Below, piece by piece: positions 14,700 to 27,161 of a DNA stretch of 64,000 nt (positions are counted from its first letter, which is position 1; the number at the start of each line of letters is the position of its first letter). Location: the NCBI RefSeq assembly GCF_001194135.2, contig NC_068984.1, forward strand, positions 101,471,509 to 101,535,508, in the 5' to 3' direction. The stretch is from Octopus bimaculoides. Its lineage: Eukaryota. The notes below the pieces were generated by a model. It saw nothing but the letters and a program-made list of their open reading frames with translations. It searched no databases and was not told where the DNA came from. Position numbers and translations under genes: made by a program.

Positions 14700-16200
14700 C
14701 TTTATAGTTTAGTCTAAACAACGAAACTAACCTTGTACGTCATTTCGTCACAGGTAAATTATACAATTGATCACCGTTCAATTGTCACTGGACGGCGCCA
14801 GCTGACCCAGGGTAGATAACTCATAACATTTTGTTGCTATACAGCCAGTTTTTTTTCTCTTCTCTCTGTATAATAATTTAGAGGAATGGCAATTGAGGTC
14901 GTATTTCGCTGTTCCCGCAGTAATTTTTATTTACCGAGTACTTAGAACTGCAAATCAACGGAGTATATTCCCCCCTCCTCTTGAATTAGATCTAGCGTTG
15001 AAGATTAGATGAATTGAAATCAATTTTTATAAGGCAATTAGTGGCGTAAGTAAACTGAAATTGTTTCAACTGGAAAATAAATCAGTTTTGCGAATTTCAT
15101 TAGCTGGAGGTTTGACTATGATGTACGAGGGTGATAGAATAGCTGCTCATTGTAACAGGTAAGATTTCAGTGTCTATAGAGGTGTGTGTGTGAAACAAGA
15201 ACGTTCTTAATTTTCTATGTGTTACTTGATGGGGTCGTGTGAATAGTGTTCTAGTTCGTAGAATGTAGAGAAAGCCGCTATGTGGTATTGTGATTATTCA
15301 CCTAATTAATACTCCTTAATGCTACATAATTAAGTATTTATTTTAAAAAAATCATTCAATTGCTACGTTGACGCCCATTGTGGCAAGGGGAGGTAATCGT
15401 TATCTCGATTACCGTCCTGTATCGCAGCTGTTACCAATATTACGTTGACGTTTCTCTGGTTTCCCTGCACTTGTAGGTATTGAGTAGATTTCGAGTTAAA
15501 AAGCAGTGAATATCCGCTAACATTTATAATTTTTTTATACTCGCTATTAGAACTGATAAATAACATGGTAATAGTAGTACCTGCTGCGAAAATCGTCAAC
15601 TATCGTAATTATGTGTGTGGGTGTATGTCAATTTGTACGATATATTTATGCAGGTTTCGTATTGAGGCAATGTTACTGCCTCCTACTACACTAAAAAGAG
15701 TGTGGTCGCTATAAATAGAAGAAATTTTCTCTCTTGAAAAAACGTCGGGTAATATAGTCCTAGGTATAACTACGAAATAAAGTATGGATTGATCATAGCC
15801 GGAACAGCTTCGAACATGTATCTAATTGGTTAGAGCTAGATAGCAGTCCAGGAGAAAATAGTTTGATAGCTTCCATGCCATTAATAAATGTGACTTTAAG
15901 GCGGCGATTTCACGTAGAATCGTTAGCACACCGAGCAAAATACTTTGCGACCTTTACGTTCACAGTTCAAATTCCGCCGAGATTGACTTTGCCGTTCATC
16001 CTTCCAGTGTCGAAAGTTAAGTACTCACTGAGTATCGGAGTCAGTGTAATCGTCCCTGCGCATAAAGAAAGTATTATTAAATATAACTCTACTGTTCCTT
16101 TGCCTAGAATGTCAGGCTTCTGACATTGTAAGAAATATATTAATAATCGACATAAAATTGCCGACCAAGTGGGCAGATCTTGATTATCTCCCTTGACAGC
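14700..16200. promoter_or_regulatory. CpG-retaining, promoter-like region
   Basis: About 29 CpG in 15361-15960 versus 4 in 13201-13800 (manual count); two CRE-like half-sites (ACGTCA 14737, CGTCA 14746). Confidence 0.35.
15899..16072 (+). mobile_element. SINE family A copy, CpGs retained
   Basis: GGCGGCGA..GAATCGTTAGCACACCG..TTCAAATTCCGCCGAG. Confidence 0.75.
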
Positions 16201-16419
16201 TGCCATCTTTATTTTCACGTTTTTGTTATTCTTTGATTATTGAACATTTTAAAAAGATTGCATTTACCTCGACTGGATTATTTACTATTCTCTACACACT
16301 TAATGGAATTCTAGTTTTAATTAGCCATTTACTTTTTCTGTATATTATTCAATGGTATTCTTTTTTTTTTCATATTCCTTCGGTAACCTTTTTTTTAGAG
16401 TTTAAAACAAATCAGTGTC

Positions 16420-16608
16420 TTAAGCACGTTTATTGTTTTACTTGTCATTAGACTGGCCATGCTGGAGCACTACCATGAAGAATTTTAGTCGATCGAATCG
16501 ATCCCAGAACTTATTTTTAAAACCTATAACTTGTTTGTTTCTTGTCGAACCGCTAAGTTACTGGGACGTAAACTCGCCATCACCGGTTGTGGGTGGGAGT
16601 CAAAGACT

Positions 16609-16643
<35 letters not shown>

Positions 16644-16790
16644 GACGGGCTTCTTTCAGTTTCCATGTACCAAATCCACTCACTCTGATCACAAGGCTTT
16701 GGTTGGTCCGAAGTTATAGTAGAAGCTTCAGCTACTACGCAGTAGGGCTGAACCCGGGGCTACGTGGTCGAGAAGCAAACTTCTTGCTGT
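16420..16790 (-). mobile_element. SINE family B copy with central (TA)n (approximate ends)
   Basis: GGCCATGCTGGAGCAC..CCGCTAAGTTAC..ACCAAATCCACTCAC..GGCTTTGGT. Confidence 0.8.
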
Positions 16791-18022
16791 GCTTGCTGCG
16801 CGTTGTTGCTTACGTTTTTAACTCGCCAACAAGAATTAGACAAACTTACGATTCCATATATATTGAGAGGTTTTGTGTTAAAGTTGAGAATTTTCTTTAA
16901 GATCTTAACTGTGACGCTTAAAAGTAGCTTCATTCGGTGTGTCGTAAGAACTCATAAACTTTCGAGAGAATGTGAAAGAATTCCTTTTTGGAATAGTGTA
17001 TTTCGAAGCACATAAAGCTAAATAATCGTTTAAGAAACCCTTTTGGATAGGAAAAGTCGAAGGCTGCCCGAACCTAGCCATCGTTTTCACCAAAATCTGC
17101 ATTTAGATTTAGCTTGCTGTGTAAGTAGACCATTATTATAATTTAACTTTTATGTTTTGGATAAATTAAATTTTAATTGCGTAAAAAAGGCAAAAATTTG
17201 ATTCTTTTTTTTTTTTAAAGAAAACCAGCTTGGTGAACATGTGGCTGTTTTAAATATAAATATTATGTTAGGTTGAATCTATTTGAATTAATGTAATACA
17301 ATCTCAGTGGAATGTCACTTGAGTAAATGCGACGTACACAAATGGAATATGGGTTCCTTATCCGAAAGTTCATTTTGTATAAATCCTATCATCGGTCGCT
17401 AACTACTCGGGAAATATATAACACGCAGTACTGTCTGTTCTGAACAAAATCGCTGGAGTCGTGCAGATAGATGACTAAGCCTTTTTCTAGGATTTAAGGT
17501 TTACATATTTAAATATACGTCCGAAACACACATATAAATAAATGTAGAGAGTACACTTAATAAGTGGTTTTGTTGTATTCCATCTGTAAGAATTATTTAT
17601 CATTGATAACACAATTTATTTGTATGTAAAAGTATTCAACTCGTTCAAAATATACCACGAGCAACACATTACTATCGCTACTATAAAGAATTAACGAGAT
17701 ATACATACACACAGGTGGATGTGTGTGTATATTTTATACATGAGGAGAGAGCGATTTTGTGCTATGTTTACAAAAAACCGCGTCAAAAAAAGAAATTATT
17801 CCAGTAAATTTCCATACAATATAGGTTAATGACATTATAAATAATTTCACGTATAGATCGACTCAAATATGAATAGGGTAAGGTCTCTCACCCCCTTCAC
17901 TCTTTCCCTACCTAAATCCACGGAAAACAGATTTACCACAGTTAACCTCTTTATTTAACACACACGACCTGCTAGAAATAGCAGCAAAATTTCCATCTTT
18001 TTGTTTAACCCTAGGTCTGTCT

Positions 18023-18171
18023 CAGTGCTCCCCAAACTTTTTTTCGCTTGTGGTACACTTACATCTTTTTTCAAAATTCGGCGGCACACTTGAACTAAAA
18101 ATATAACTAGAAGTATAGGGGAAAAAAATTATATTCAGGTTATACTACGGCATACCAGTTCCGGAGCACTG
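18023..18171. mobile_element. hAT-type MITE, 149 bp
   Basis: TIR CAGTGCTCC / GGAGCACTG; 8-bp TSD GTCTGTCT / GTCTATCT. Confidence 0.8.
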
Positions 18172-18427
18172 GTCTATCTCACTGGGTTCACTCGCTGTGA
18201 CTATGATAAGAATTGATAGCAATTAGTTAATTATCTCAACGTTATATTAATTACTTTCCTGGCAATGTTTCAAGTTTTAGTGTTACTCTCTGTAACATTC
18301 TACATTCGAATAAAATATATTTACTTTATCCCTTGCATTGGGTGGCAGAGGTTTACGTTCAAATCATTCCAGGATCGATAAAATAAGGCCTAACTCTGCT
18401 TACTCCACCATTTGTGAGCCTCTAAAA

Positions 18428-18671
18428 CAAGCGTTTCCCAACCACTTTTTGCCTATTTGAATCCTATTTTACTCAGATGGACACGTATAACCTTTCGATT
18501 ATATATAAGAAAAAAAATTCCAAAATTCAACTATATTTTTATCATTAGATATTATTAGGAATTTAAAATATTTTGTGTATTGTAAAGTATAAGCGATTTA
18601 TTACACATAAATTTTAGCAAAGTCTTATACAGACCCCTAAAAGCGATAAGGACCTCAGTTGAGACCCACTG
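18428..18671. mobile_element. hAT-type MITE, 244 bp
   Basis: Perfect 8-bp TSD CTCTAAAA; degenerate ends CAAGCGTTTCCCAACC / CAGTTGAGACCCACTG. Confidence 0.8.
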
Positions 18672-20581
18672 CTCTAAAATAGTAAAAATCTCCCTCGAAT
18701 ATGTCCTTTCCTTTTACTAGTTTCAGTCATTGGACTGTGGTTATGCCGGGGTACCACCTTGAGTATTCAACTGAATAATATCAACTCAGATAATCTGTAG
18801 ACTTATTGTATGAATTTCAAAAAGAACGAAAGGTTACATTGAGCCAGAGGTGGATTTGAACCTAGATTGTAACCAAATATTTATTGAAAGTCCCATATAT
18901 AATATGTGGTGCAATTTAGTTATAAACTAGTTGGTTTCTGGACTGGTCATTCCTTAAAAAAGAAAGTGGGTGGGGTATACATTGCACAAACGAAAATAGT
19001 TTGGTAACATGACACACAATCATTAATTCTTGTAGAGTTCCAAATTTAACTATTGACTCCAGCAGAACATCCGGTATGTGATAACTGGAAGATTGGATAT
19101 ATATATATATATATATTTATTTATTTAAAGGTCATAATACATGTATTAAAGCGCTACTAATAGTTTCATATGTTGAGAGAACTCAAACATATTCTTCTGG
19201 TGAAAACCACATATAACGAACTAAAGAAACTGAATAATAGAAGAAACGTGAAAAAACTGAGAAGGCAGCATATAGAATACACAGACAATAAACAATGAAA
19301 AACACTAAGATGTAAAAAATTAAAAGTAAAAAGGTAAAAGAGCTAATCCTGATTAATACTAGAGTGGTTATGTACTTCTTTATCTTTGATGCCACTAGAT
19401 CGATTATTAATATTTTGATTATTATTTGAGGGGTTATATATTAATTTATTTTTGAAGCCACTAATTGCTAGGGCCTTGTTATAATAGCGGGCAGCTTGTG
19501 TGTGTTTGTCGTTTCCCATTGCTTGACAACCGGTGTTGGATTTTCTACATCCCTGTAACTTAGCAGTTCGCCAACAAGAGAACCGATAGAATAAGTATCA
19601 GGTTTAAAAGTAAAAGTACTGAGCTAAATGTATTCGATTAAACCCTTCAAAGTGGTGTTCCAGCATGGCCGCAGTCCAATGACAAGTAAAAGAATAAAGG
19701 TACACTGACTAAAAAAATAAAGAATGGGGTGGCCATGGTTGAAATGGCTTTGATTTGAAAGCAGAAGACATCTAGTTTCACTTTCTGTAAGTCTTAGGTC
19801 CAGATCCTACGGTCATCTCTTACAATTTGGATTATTGACTTGCAAAGGTCATAATCATAAAAGGAAGAGGTAGTAGAGAAAGAAAGATTCCCACCACCCC
19901 AACCAAGCCCATAGGATACCAGAAATGTGGCACAGGTGATAACAAAAACTCGGTATTCAGTTACTAATGGTAAATTATCTTTTTAACGAAAAGCAAAAAA
20001 GAAAAAATGTTTAAAAAGAAAAGGCTCTTTACATAATAAAGAAAGTAGGTGGCTAAGTGTTTAGGCTGTTGTACTCATGATGGTAAGACGGTGGTGATGC
20101 GTTGTATTCTTGAGCAAAACATTTCATTTCACGTTATTCCAGTCCCCTCAGCTGTAAATGAATTCCAACAATACTGGGAAGTCAATCCTGCGACTCATCA
20201 GCGTCCTGTTTAGAGGAAGTATCACTAAAAGAACCTTTGAGATGTTGATGTTTTACATATTGAGCAGGATGGGCTGGAAAGACAGGACAGCAATCGCTGC
20301 AGTACTAGAAAAGCTGAAAGTTCATTGACACTTATTGTTGAGAATGAAGTTTACACTACTATTATATTTTAGACATATTGCACTATGAATCACTGCCCAA
20401 GATCATCCAGATAAGTGTGCAGGGAAAGAGAACAAGAGGAAGCCAAATATGATTGTGAACTGACATCAAAGAATGAACTAGAAATAAGAATTTGGCTAAT
20501 TGAACGCATGCAGCACAACAGTAAGGGAACTGGAGAGTTTTGGTAAGTAGATTCCTGGACATAGGCAGGGTACCTGGCTGA

Positions 20582-20617
<36 letters not shown>

Positions 20618-21397
20618 GGCAAACCAAAAATTAAAAAACAAAAGCAATAAATACAACAAGAGAGCATACACAGTGAATGCATTTGGTCGATGTTCAGAGA
20701 AAGTTTAAGATGGGAAAAAAGAGGGGATGTGACGCTTTGAACATGGCTTTTCTTCAGAAAGAGGAAAAAGTCCGGAGAAAGGAAAAAGAATAGTTCGAGG
20801 GGGTGACAATGTGGTTAAGAAGCTTTCCAATCATGTGGTCTTGGGTTCAATTCCACGGCGTGGCACCTTGGGCTGGTATCTTCAACTATAACATAGGGCT
20901 GGCCAAAGCAGAAACTGAAAGGATTGTGGTTTCGATTCCTAGACCAGGCGAGGTGTTGTGATCTTGAGGAAATCACTTTATTTCACGTTACTCCAGTCAA
21001 CTCAGCTGGCAATAATGAGTAATCCTACGACAGAACAGCGTCCCATCCAAGGAGGAATATCTACGCCACAAAATCGGGAAAAAAACAACTTTATGAGATC
21101 ATGGCTCAGGACGGACCTTTGGTCTCGTTTTTCTTTCTTGATATAAGCGTGTTTGTGTGTACCTTAGTCTTGATAGCAACTGATAGTTGTAAACAAGCAT
21201 CACCTTTATACAAGTAGTATTGTTCAATCTTCAGTTGTTTGTAAAAAACATATTTGACCATGAGGAAATGTTATTTTGTTTGGAAACAAATGAAGATTGA
21301 CAACAGTAAAGGCATCCAGTCACAGAAAATCTACCGCAAGACTGTTTGACCTTTGCAAGCATGAATATTATGAATATAATGATGAAACACATATATA

Positions 21398-21613
21398 CGA
21401 GGGAGTACTGAAAAGTTCCAGGCTTTAAGAGTATCGCGAAAGACTTGGTTGGAGCCCCAACCTTCTGACTTCTTTTACTAGGCTTAGAAAAACTGAAGGA
21501 CCGCTGCAATAAGTGTGTGAATCTGAGAGGGGAATATGCTGAATAAAATCATAATTAACTGATCTTCCTGTATTTTCTTTTATCCAAAGCCAGGAACTTT
21601 TCTGACCTCCTCG
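21398..21613 (+). mobile_element. Mariner-derived MITE, 216 bp
   Basis: TA|CGAGGGAGTACTGAAAAGTTCCAGGCTTT ... AAAGCCAGGAACTTTTCTGACCTCCTCG|TA; retains the C-terminal LEKLKDRCNKCVNLRGEYAE*. Confidence 0.85.
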
Positions 21614-22198
21614 TATATATATTCTTTTCTTGCTACCACCCTTCCTTATTAATAAGAAGACAAAATAAAGTTTGTCCCCATGTAATTCATTCTTTGGCGT
21701 TGTATGGGCCAAGTTTCATATCTAATTTTATGTAGGCATTTCTCGTTTCATGGAAGCATTGTGTTCGTAAAAATATTGTGTCAACGGTAAGTTCTGTAAT
21801 GTGAAACACATTTTCATTTCAATTACATGGAAAATAGGTTTCATATTACAAAAGTCCACTCTAAGATTTTCAGGAGCATAATGTGGGAAACGTTTGTGGT
21901 CTAAGAAAGACTGAATGATGTGGTAAATGACAGGATCTTTACGTCAGACAGAGGCAACTCTTTTCGAGAAGTGGACAGCATGAGACATGGCTCATCATCA
22001 GTCGGGCCGCACTATTAAAAGAATTCAAGGTATTTTTTCGTTAGGCATGCCATGCAAAATTCCGAGAGCCGCATGTTGCCCATGACTGCTGTATGTGGTC
22101 GCTCAGTGGGTCAGTCATGACAGCCAAATCTTGCTCACACCTTGCTGTTTTAGGAAAGGAAACATTAGATAAACTGAACCCAGATTCTCTTCATAGAT

Positions 22199-22490
22199 GT
22201 AGGCGTGGCTGTGTGGTAAGAAATTTGCTTCCCAACCACATGATTCCAAGTTCACTCACACTGCGTGGCACCTTGGGCAAGTGTCTTCTACTATAGCCTC
22301 GAGCTGACCATAGCTTTATGAGCGGATTTGGTAGACAAAAATGTGTTTGAGTGTTTTTATGTCCTGCCCCAAAACAAACCACCACCACCATTTGACAACA
22401 CAGCTAAGTAACATTCGGCAAAAGAGACTTATAGAAGTACCTGGCTTAAAGAAATAACAGCTGGGGTTGATTCATTCGACCTAAAAGCAG
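22199..22490 (+). mobile_element. SINE family B copy (approximate ends)
   Basis: GGCGTGGCTGTGTGGTAAGAA..GGCACCTTGGGCAAGTGTCTTCTACTATAG. Confidence 0.8.
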
Positions 22491-23775
22491 CACCTTATTG
22501 GTTAATATAAGTAAAAGATATATAAAAGAATAATCACAACTGCAATGCCTTTGAATATAGGTCTGCTTTAGTAAGACTGACCTGGAGCTAAACAATTACA
22601 GCTCTTATGGACGATAACAAAACTGAGAAAAATATAAACACTTCATTTTTGACTTTGGGGAAAAAAAAAAAATTTTACACTACCTTATAAAAACTATATC
22701 AGCTAAGCAAATGAGTCTCTTTAAATGCACCAAAAAAACATACTCAGAACACTATTTCAGACAATTATCACCATTCTCTGAGCTTATTAAAAGATAAATT
22801 TAGCTGGGGCAAAATGAGTAAGCCAAGAGAAGGTAAATTTGCTTCTTTGATTCTCCAGAATTACATTTGAAAACACACTCACACACATCAATATCCATCA
22901 GAAATGCAACAAAAAATTTTTTTAAGTATCGTAGTCAAATGAAAGAGGATCAAAAGAAAATGGTGCATGGTATGAAATTAACGAAATCAAAAAACTCAAA
23001 ATATTCTCTACAAATTCTTCACAATCTGCTGGAGTGGCTTACTTCCTGATATATTTATGCACTATGCTGTTAAAGAGAGGAAATTACTGAAATAAGTCAT
23101 TACTCATTTTAGACATTTTTTGAAAACTGAAAATGATCAAATTAGACATTAGTGTGAGGAAAAAAATTGGCTTAGAATCCAACAGAGAAAAGAATACTGA
23201 TTGTTAAACACAAAAAATTGTCCTGATATTTTATTAGCAACTTCAATTACAATTGGATCAAAATTGAGGAAAAATTTCTTGAAAAAAAAATAAGTACTTA
23301 TCACCTGTCCCAAACTTTCAACTTCAACAACCAAGCAGACCAATTTTTACTCCTAAAAACAGGTAGGGAGAAAACAGTGAGGAATTAGAAACTACACAGT
23401 TTGCCCCACCCACCATCACTATTACAAAATAATAGAGTAATAGCGTGTGTGTATATTTATGTATTTTTCATGGTTACAATAACTCTTCTGGAATGCAATT
23501 GTTTTACACCTCAACATACAGCCACATGGTTCCGGATTCAGTCCCACTGCGTGGCATCTTGGGCAAGTGTCTGCTACTATGGATTTGGTAGACGGAAATA
23601 CAGAAATACAGCACTAGTGATGGTAAATGACTTTAAAAATATATGGAAATAGAATTACTGTTATAGCTGCCCGGGCAGCGATTTTCCTATGTTAATATAA
23701 AATTGAGAAATTCTCGCTATGTAAGAGGTAGAGTTTGGTTATTTTTGTATTTTAGCAGCAGAAACTGAATTTTGT

Positions 23776-24648
23776 TATTTTTTTACAGGAACACACTATA
23801 TTGAGGGGCAGAGATTCCGAATCTGCAAGAAAAATGCATTTCTTAAATTTTGACTTTTCCTTTTTAAAATTTTTTGGCGAAATACGTAGAAAAATACAGA
23901 GATTATGATTCAGAAAAAAAAAAAAAAATTCTGTAAAATTTCAATTTTTCAAAAACAAAAAAAAAAAGATAAAAACAAACAACCCCCGTCCCCTCCGCCC
24001 TATGACAAGAAGTGAAATTAAAATGTTTTCTCTACTAATGTTTCATGACGAACATGTGGTTGAGGGTCTCTTGGAATTAAGTGAGGTATGTAAAAATTAG
24101 ATTTTTTGCACCCACCACACACAACAAAATGACAAAATTTTTTTTTTCTTTTTTAGTAATTCGTATTTAGAAAGTTGATCCTCAGTTTGGCTGTTGTTTC
24201 TAGCTTGTCAGATTTCCGGTTAGGGCGGGTTTAAATTTTGAAATTTTTCTTTCTTTGGTAACTCGTATTTAAATTTTGAAAACGCTTTTCTAGCATGTCA
24301 GGTTTTCTGTTTAGATACTTTTTGCGCCTGCAATTTTATAATTCTATGCATGCATGAAACATTAGTAGAGAAAACACTTTAATTTCACTTCTTGTCATAG
24401 GACGAAGGGGAGGGGGTGTTTATTATTTTTATTTTTTTGAAAAATTGAAATTTTACAATTCTTTTTTTTTTTTTTTCAGAATCATAATCTCCATATTTTT
24501 CTAGGTATTTTGCCCCAATTTATTTTTATAAAAAGTGAAAATTTAAGAAATTTAGGTGTGGGGAGATTTAAATTTTGAAATACATATTTTTTTTTTTTTG
24601 CAGATTCGGAATCTCCACCCTCGATATAGTGTGTTCATGTAAAAAATA
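23776..24648. repeat. Long imperfect inverted repeat (foldback), arms 23776-24047 and 24353-24648
   Basis: 24001-24047 matches the reverse complement of 24353-24399 at 46/47; ACACACTATA..GATTCCGAATCTGCAA block also mirrored. Confidence 0.85.
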
Positions 24649-25320
24649 CCCCCACCCCCAAAAAACATCGCAAGGGGGGGCATAATCTTTACCTCCACCC
24701 TACAATAAATTAGAATTTAATAGCAAAAAAAATCAGCAAGGTGAAAAGTTGTAAAAAGATGATTTATACATTAGTTGGGATTAATGAAAAATCAATAAAA
24801 TTTAAAACATTATTTAACATTGATATATGTTTGATGTTCAAAATTTTTTTATTATCCTGGTTTGAATAAGACAGTGCATTAATTTAAGAACTGAGCTAAT
24901 GTTTTCTACTCATAGTTATTTTTAATTAGTTTCTTTCTTCACTATATTACATATAACAGTACTAACTTGACTATTTTCGTAGATAAATTTAGCTAATGAA
25001 AATCGTGATTAAATTTAGCTACTGAAATGGTGAATAATTATTTTAATGAGTTAAGGAATAGAAGGAAGGTTTAAGGTATTTTTAGAGACCTCTGCCTCTC
25101 AGAAACAAGGTTATATGGTGGTATCACTTTAAGTTTAAAAATAAATAACAAAACCTAGATAACATCATCGGACACGTAAATACCCGTAACATTTCTTATT
25201 GATGTAGGATCAATTTGTACAGAACACAAGTGTCTTGGCGATAACGGATACCCGGAGAATCGGGGTTGAGTGAAAACTTGTTTTCAACATATCGCAAGTG
25301 CTAAAGGAGTTGACTCTGAT

Positions 25321-26397
25321 TCAAAACACATCAGTTCTTACACGAATTCGCTGGACAGTTGGGTCAGTGCCATAATAATGGTACGCAGAGTCTTTCTCTT
25401 GCACTATTCCGGCAGATTGAATGGTGTAATAAAACGATGTGAAAGGTGCAATGGGAGATTTAGCTACCATTACCTGCCGAAGAACAGAATCTACGTATTC
25501 AATTATTAGACGTGTGTTCACGCTGTGACTCCAAGTATTTCCTAATGCTACTGTCGCATACGCATTCCCCGCGTTACAAGTTTGAAAATCTCTAGAAGTG
25601 GTTGCCAACCTAGTTGTAATTTGATTGGTGACAACCACCGGTATCTGAAAAGATTCTGAAATATTCTTAAGTAAGGCGGCAGTTTTAGTAAGGAAATTTG
25701 CTCGCTCTGCCATATTATATTCCAAATGTCCTCCGAATTCTTTCCTAACTAAAGAAGCAATCGAATCAACTATAAGCAATTTCACCTTCTTAGATATTAT
25801 GTCCATTTCAAGTTCCTGAAATCTGTTTACTAAACTGTCACAAGTCGAATGGAAATCGACCAAGACGTTCTCTGTAAGATTCTTCAAACGGTCTTCATCG
25901 TTGAAGTAATCCGGATATTTGTTTCGGGCCATTTCCACCAATCTGCTGGCACTGAAAGTTGATTCTGTATCTATGTAGATCACACTACCAGCCATACCAC
26001 GCATCTCTGTCGGCAATGTGGACAACAACGATAACATCATACAAAACTGAGTCTTCCCACACCCGGCTGGTCCCGCCAGTTCTGTGATACTTCCAATAAG
26101 AATTCCTCCGTGGAGCACTTTGTCTAAATCCGGCAGTGATGTGGCGAAAAATGGACGTGTGCTCGTCTTTAGCTTTCTCTTTTCTAATAGTTGTGCTGCA
26201 GTGCAAGGTTTCGGAGCACAAAGTAAACTAACATTTCGTATAAGTGCCTCAACTGAAGACTGGCTTTTACCTACTATTTTGAACAATTCTAAAGTTGATC
26301 GATTTAACACATCTTTACAAGTCCTGAGGTTTTGCTGCTGGAGTCGCTTTACGTCGTCAGAGTTGTGTGAAGTCCTCTTAATTTTCCTCAGTGCCAT
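25321..26397 (-). CDS. RAD51B: DNA repair protein RAD51 homolog 2 (RAD51B), single uninterrupted CDS, 358 aa
   Basis: Walker A GPAGCGKT, Walker B LLIVDS, YIDTESTFSASRLVEMA, PVVVTNQITT, ALGNTWSHSVNTRL and AKSPIAPFTSF match RAD51B-specific motifs as I recall them from the human protein; ATG to TGA with no intron. Confidence 0.97.
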   Translation of the reverse strand: MALRKIKRTSHNSDDVKRLQQQNLRTCKDVLNRSTLELFKIVGKSQSSVEALIRNVSLLCAPKPCTAAQLLEKRKLKTSTRPFFATSLPDLDKVLHGGILIGSITELAGPAGCGKTQFCMMLSLLSTLPTEMRGMAGSVIYIDTESTFSASRLVEMARNKYPDYFNDEDRLKNLTENVLVDFHSTCDSLVNRFQELEMDIISKKVKLLIVDSIASLVRKEFGGHLEYNMAERANFLTKTAALLKNISESFQIPVVVTNQITTRLATTSRDFQTCNAGNAYATVALGNTWSHSVNTRLIIEYVDSVLRQVMVAKSPIAPFTSFYYTIQSAGIVQEKDSAYHYYGTDPTVQRIRVRTDVF

Positions 26398-26400
26398 AAC

Positions 26401-26487
26401 CTAGGACTTTCCACGGGTAAAATCCAGCAAAATATAAATAATTCCATAAACAGGATGATTAAAAGGCTAGAAAGTGGGAATGCTTAC
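26401..26487 (-). other. RAD51B: Probable 87-nt intron in the RAD51B 5' UTR
   Basis: Minus strand donor GGT|GTAAGC at 26487 and acceptor CCTAG|GTTATG three bases before the ATG; AT-rich interior. Confidence 0.55.
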
Positions 26488-27161
26488 ACCGGTACAGGCA
26501 TTAATCGGTGTAAAACGAAAACTGTCCGATTCGTAAAATAAATCATAGGATATAATGATGTTCTACGTCAACTAATTAGTTAAATTAACGAAATAAATAA
26601 ATAAGCTAGCTAATGACATGTATATTGGAAAAAAATAGAAATTATAGTGTCTAAACGTTTGAAAAAAGCTCGTTTGAGTTAGTATTTAGAATGGATTTAT
26701 TCAGAGATAAGTCGCCTGTATGTTACATTCCTCGTACGGACTTTCGGAATAGCTGTAACACATAAATCGGAATTACTCCGTTCCATTGTTGTTGTTTTTT
26801 TTCTTCTTTCGGGATTTTTCTACGTTTCTACATTCCCAAATACTGGTGGGGAAGTGGGGCTGACATTTTAAAAAAAGAAAATTTTTTAATCCGCTCATTC
26901 TCCCTTCAGAACAACAACCACCACAACAAATTTTTTTTTTCTCGTTATTTTTCGACATGTTATAATATTCTCCACTTTCAAATACTTGTAATCTGCATTT
27001 AGAGAGAAAATTTTTCGTATTCCACTTCTTTATCGTATTTTTCACGATTAAAATCCTGAAAGCAAAATAAAATAAAATATAACTGAAAGTAGAAGTGATG
27101 TCATTTTTACAGATGTGTACCCTGCCGAATTTGTTTTCTCATAGCTTCCGGAAAATGAACA

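Noticed and set aside
25270-26404. ORFs 25270-25509 (+), 26084-26404 (+) and 25985-26221 (-)
   Set aside because: Shadow frames of the RAD51B CDS with no recognisable motifs
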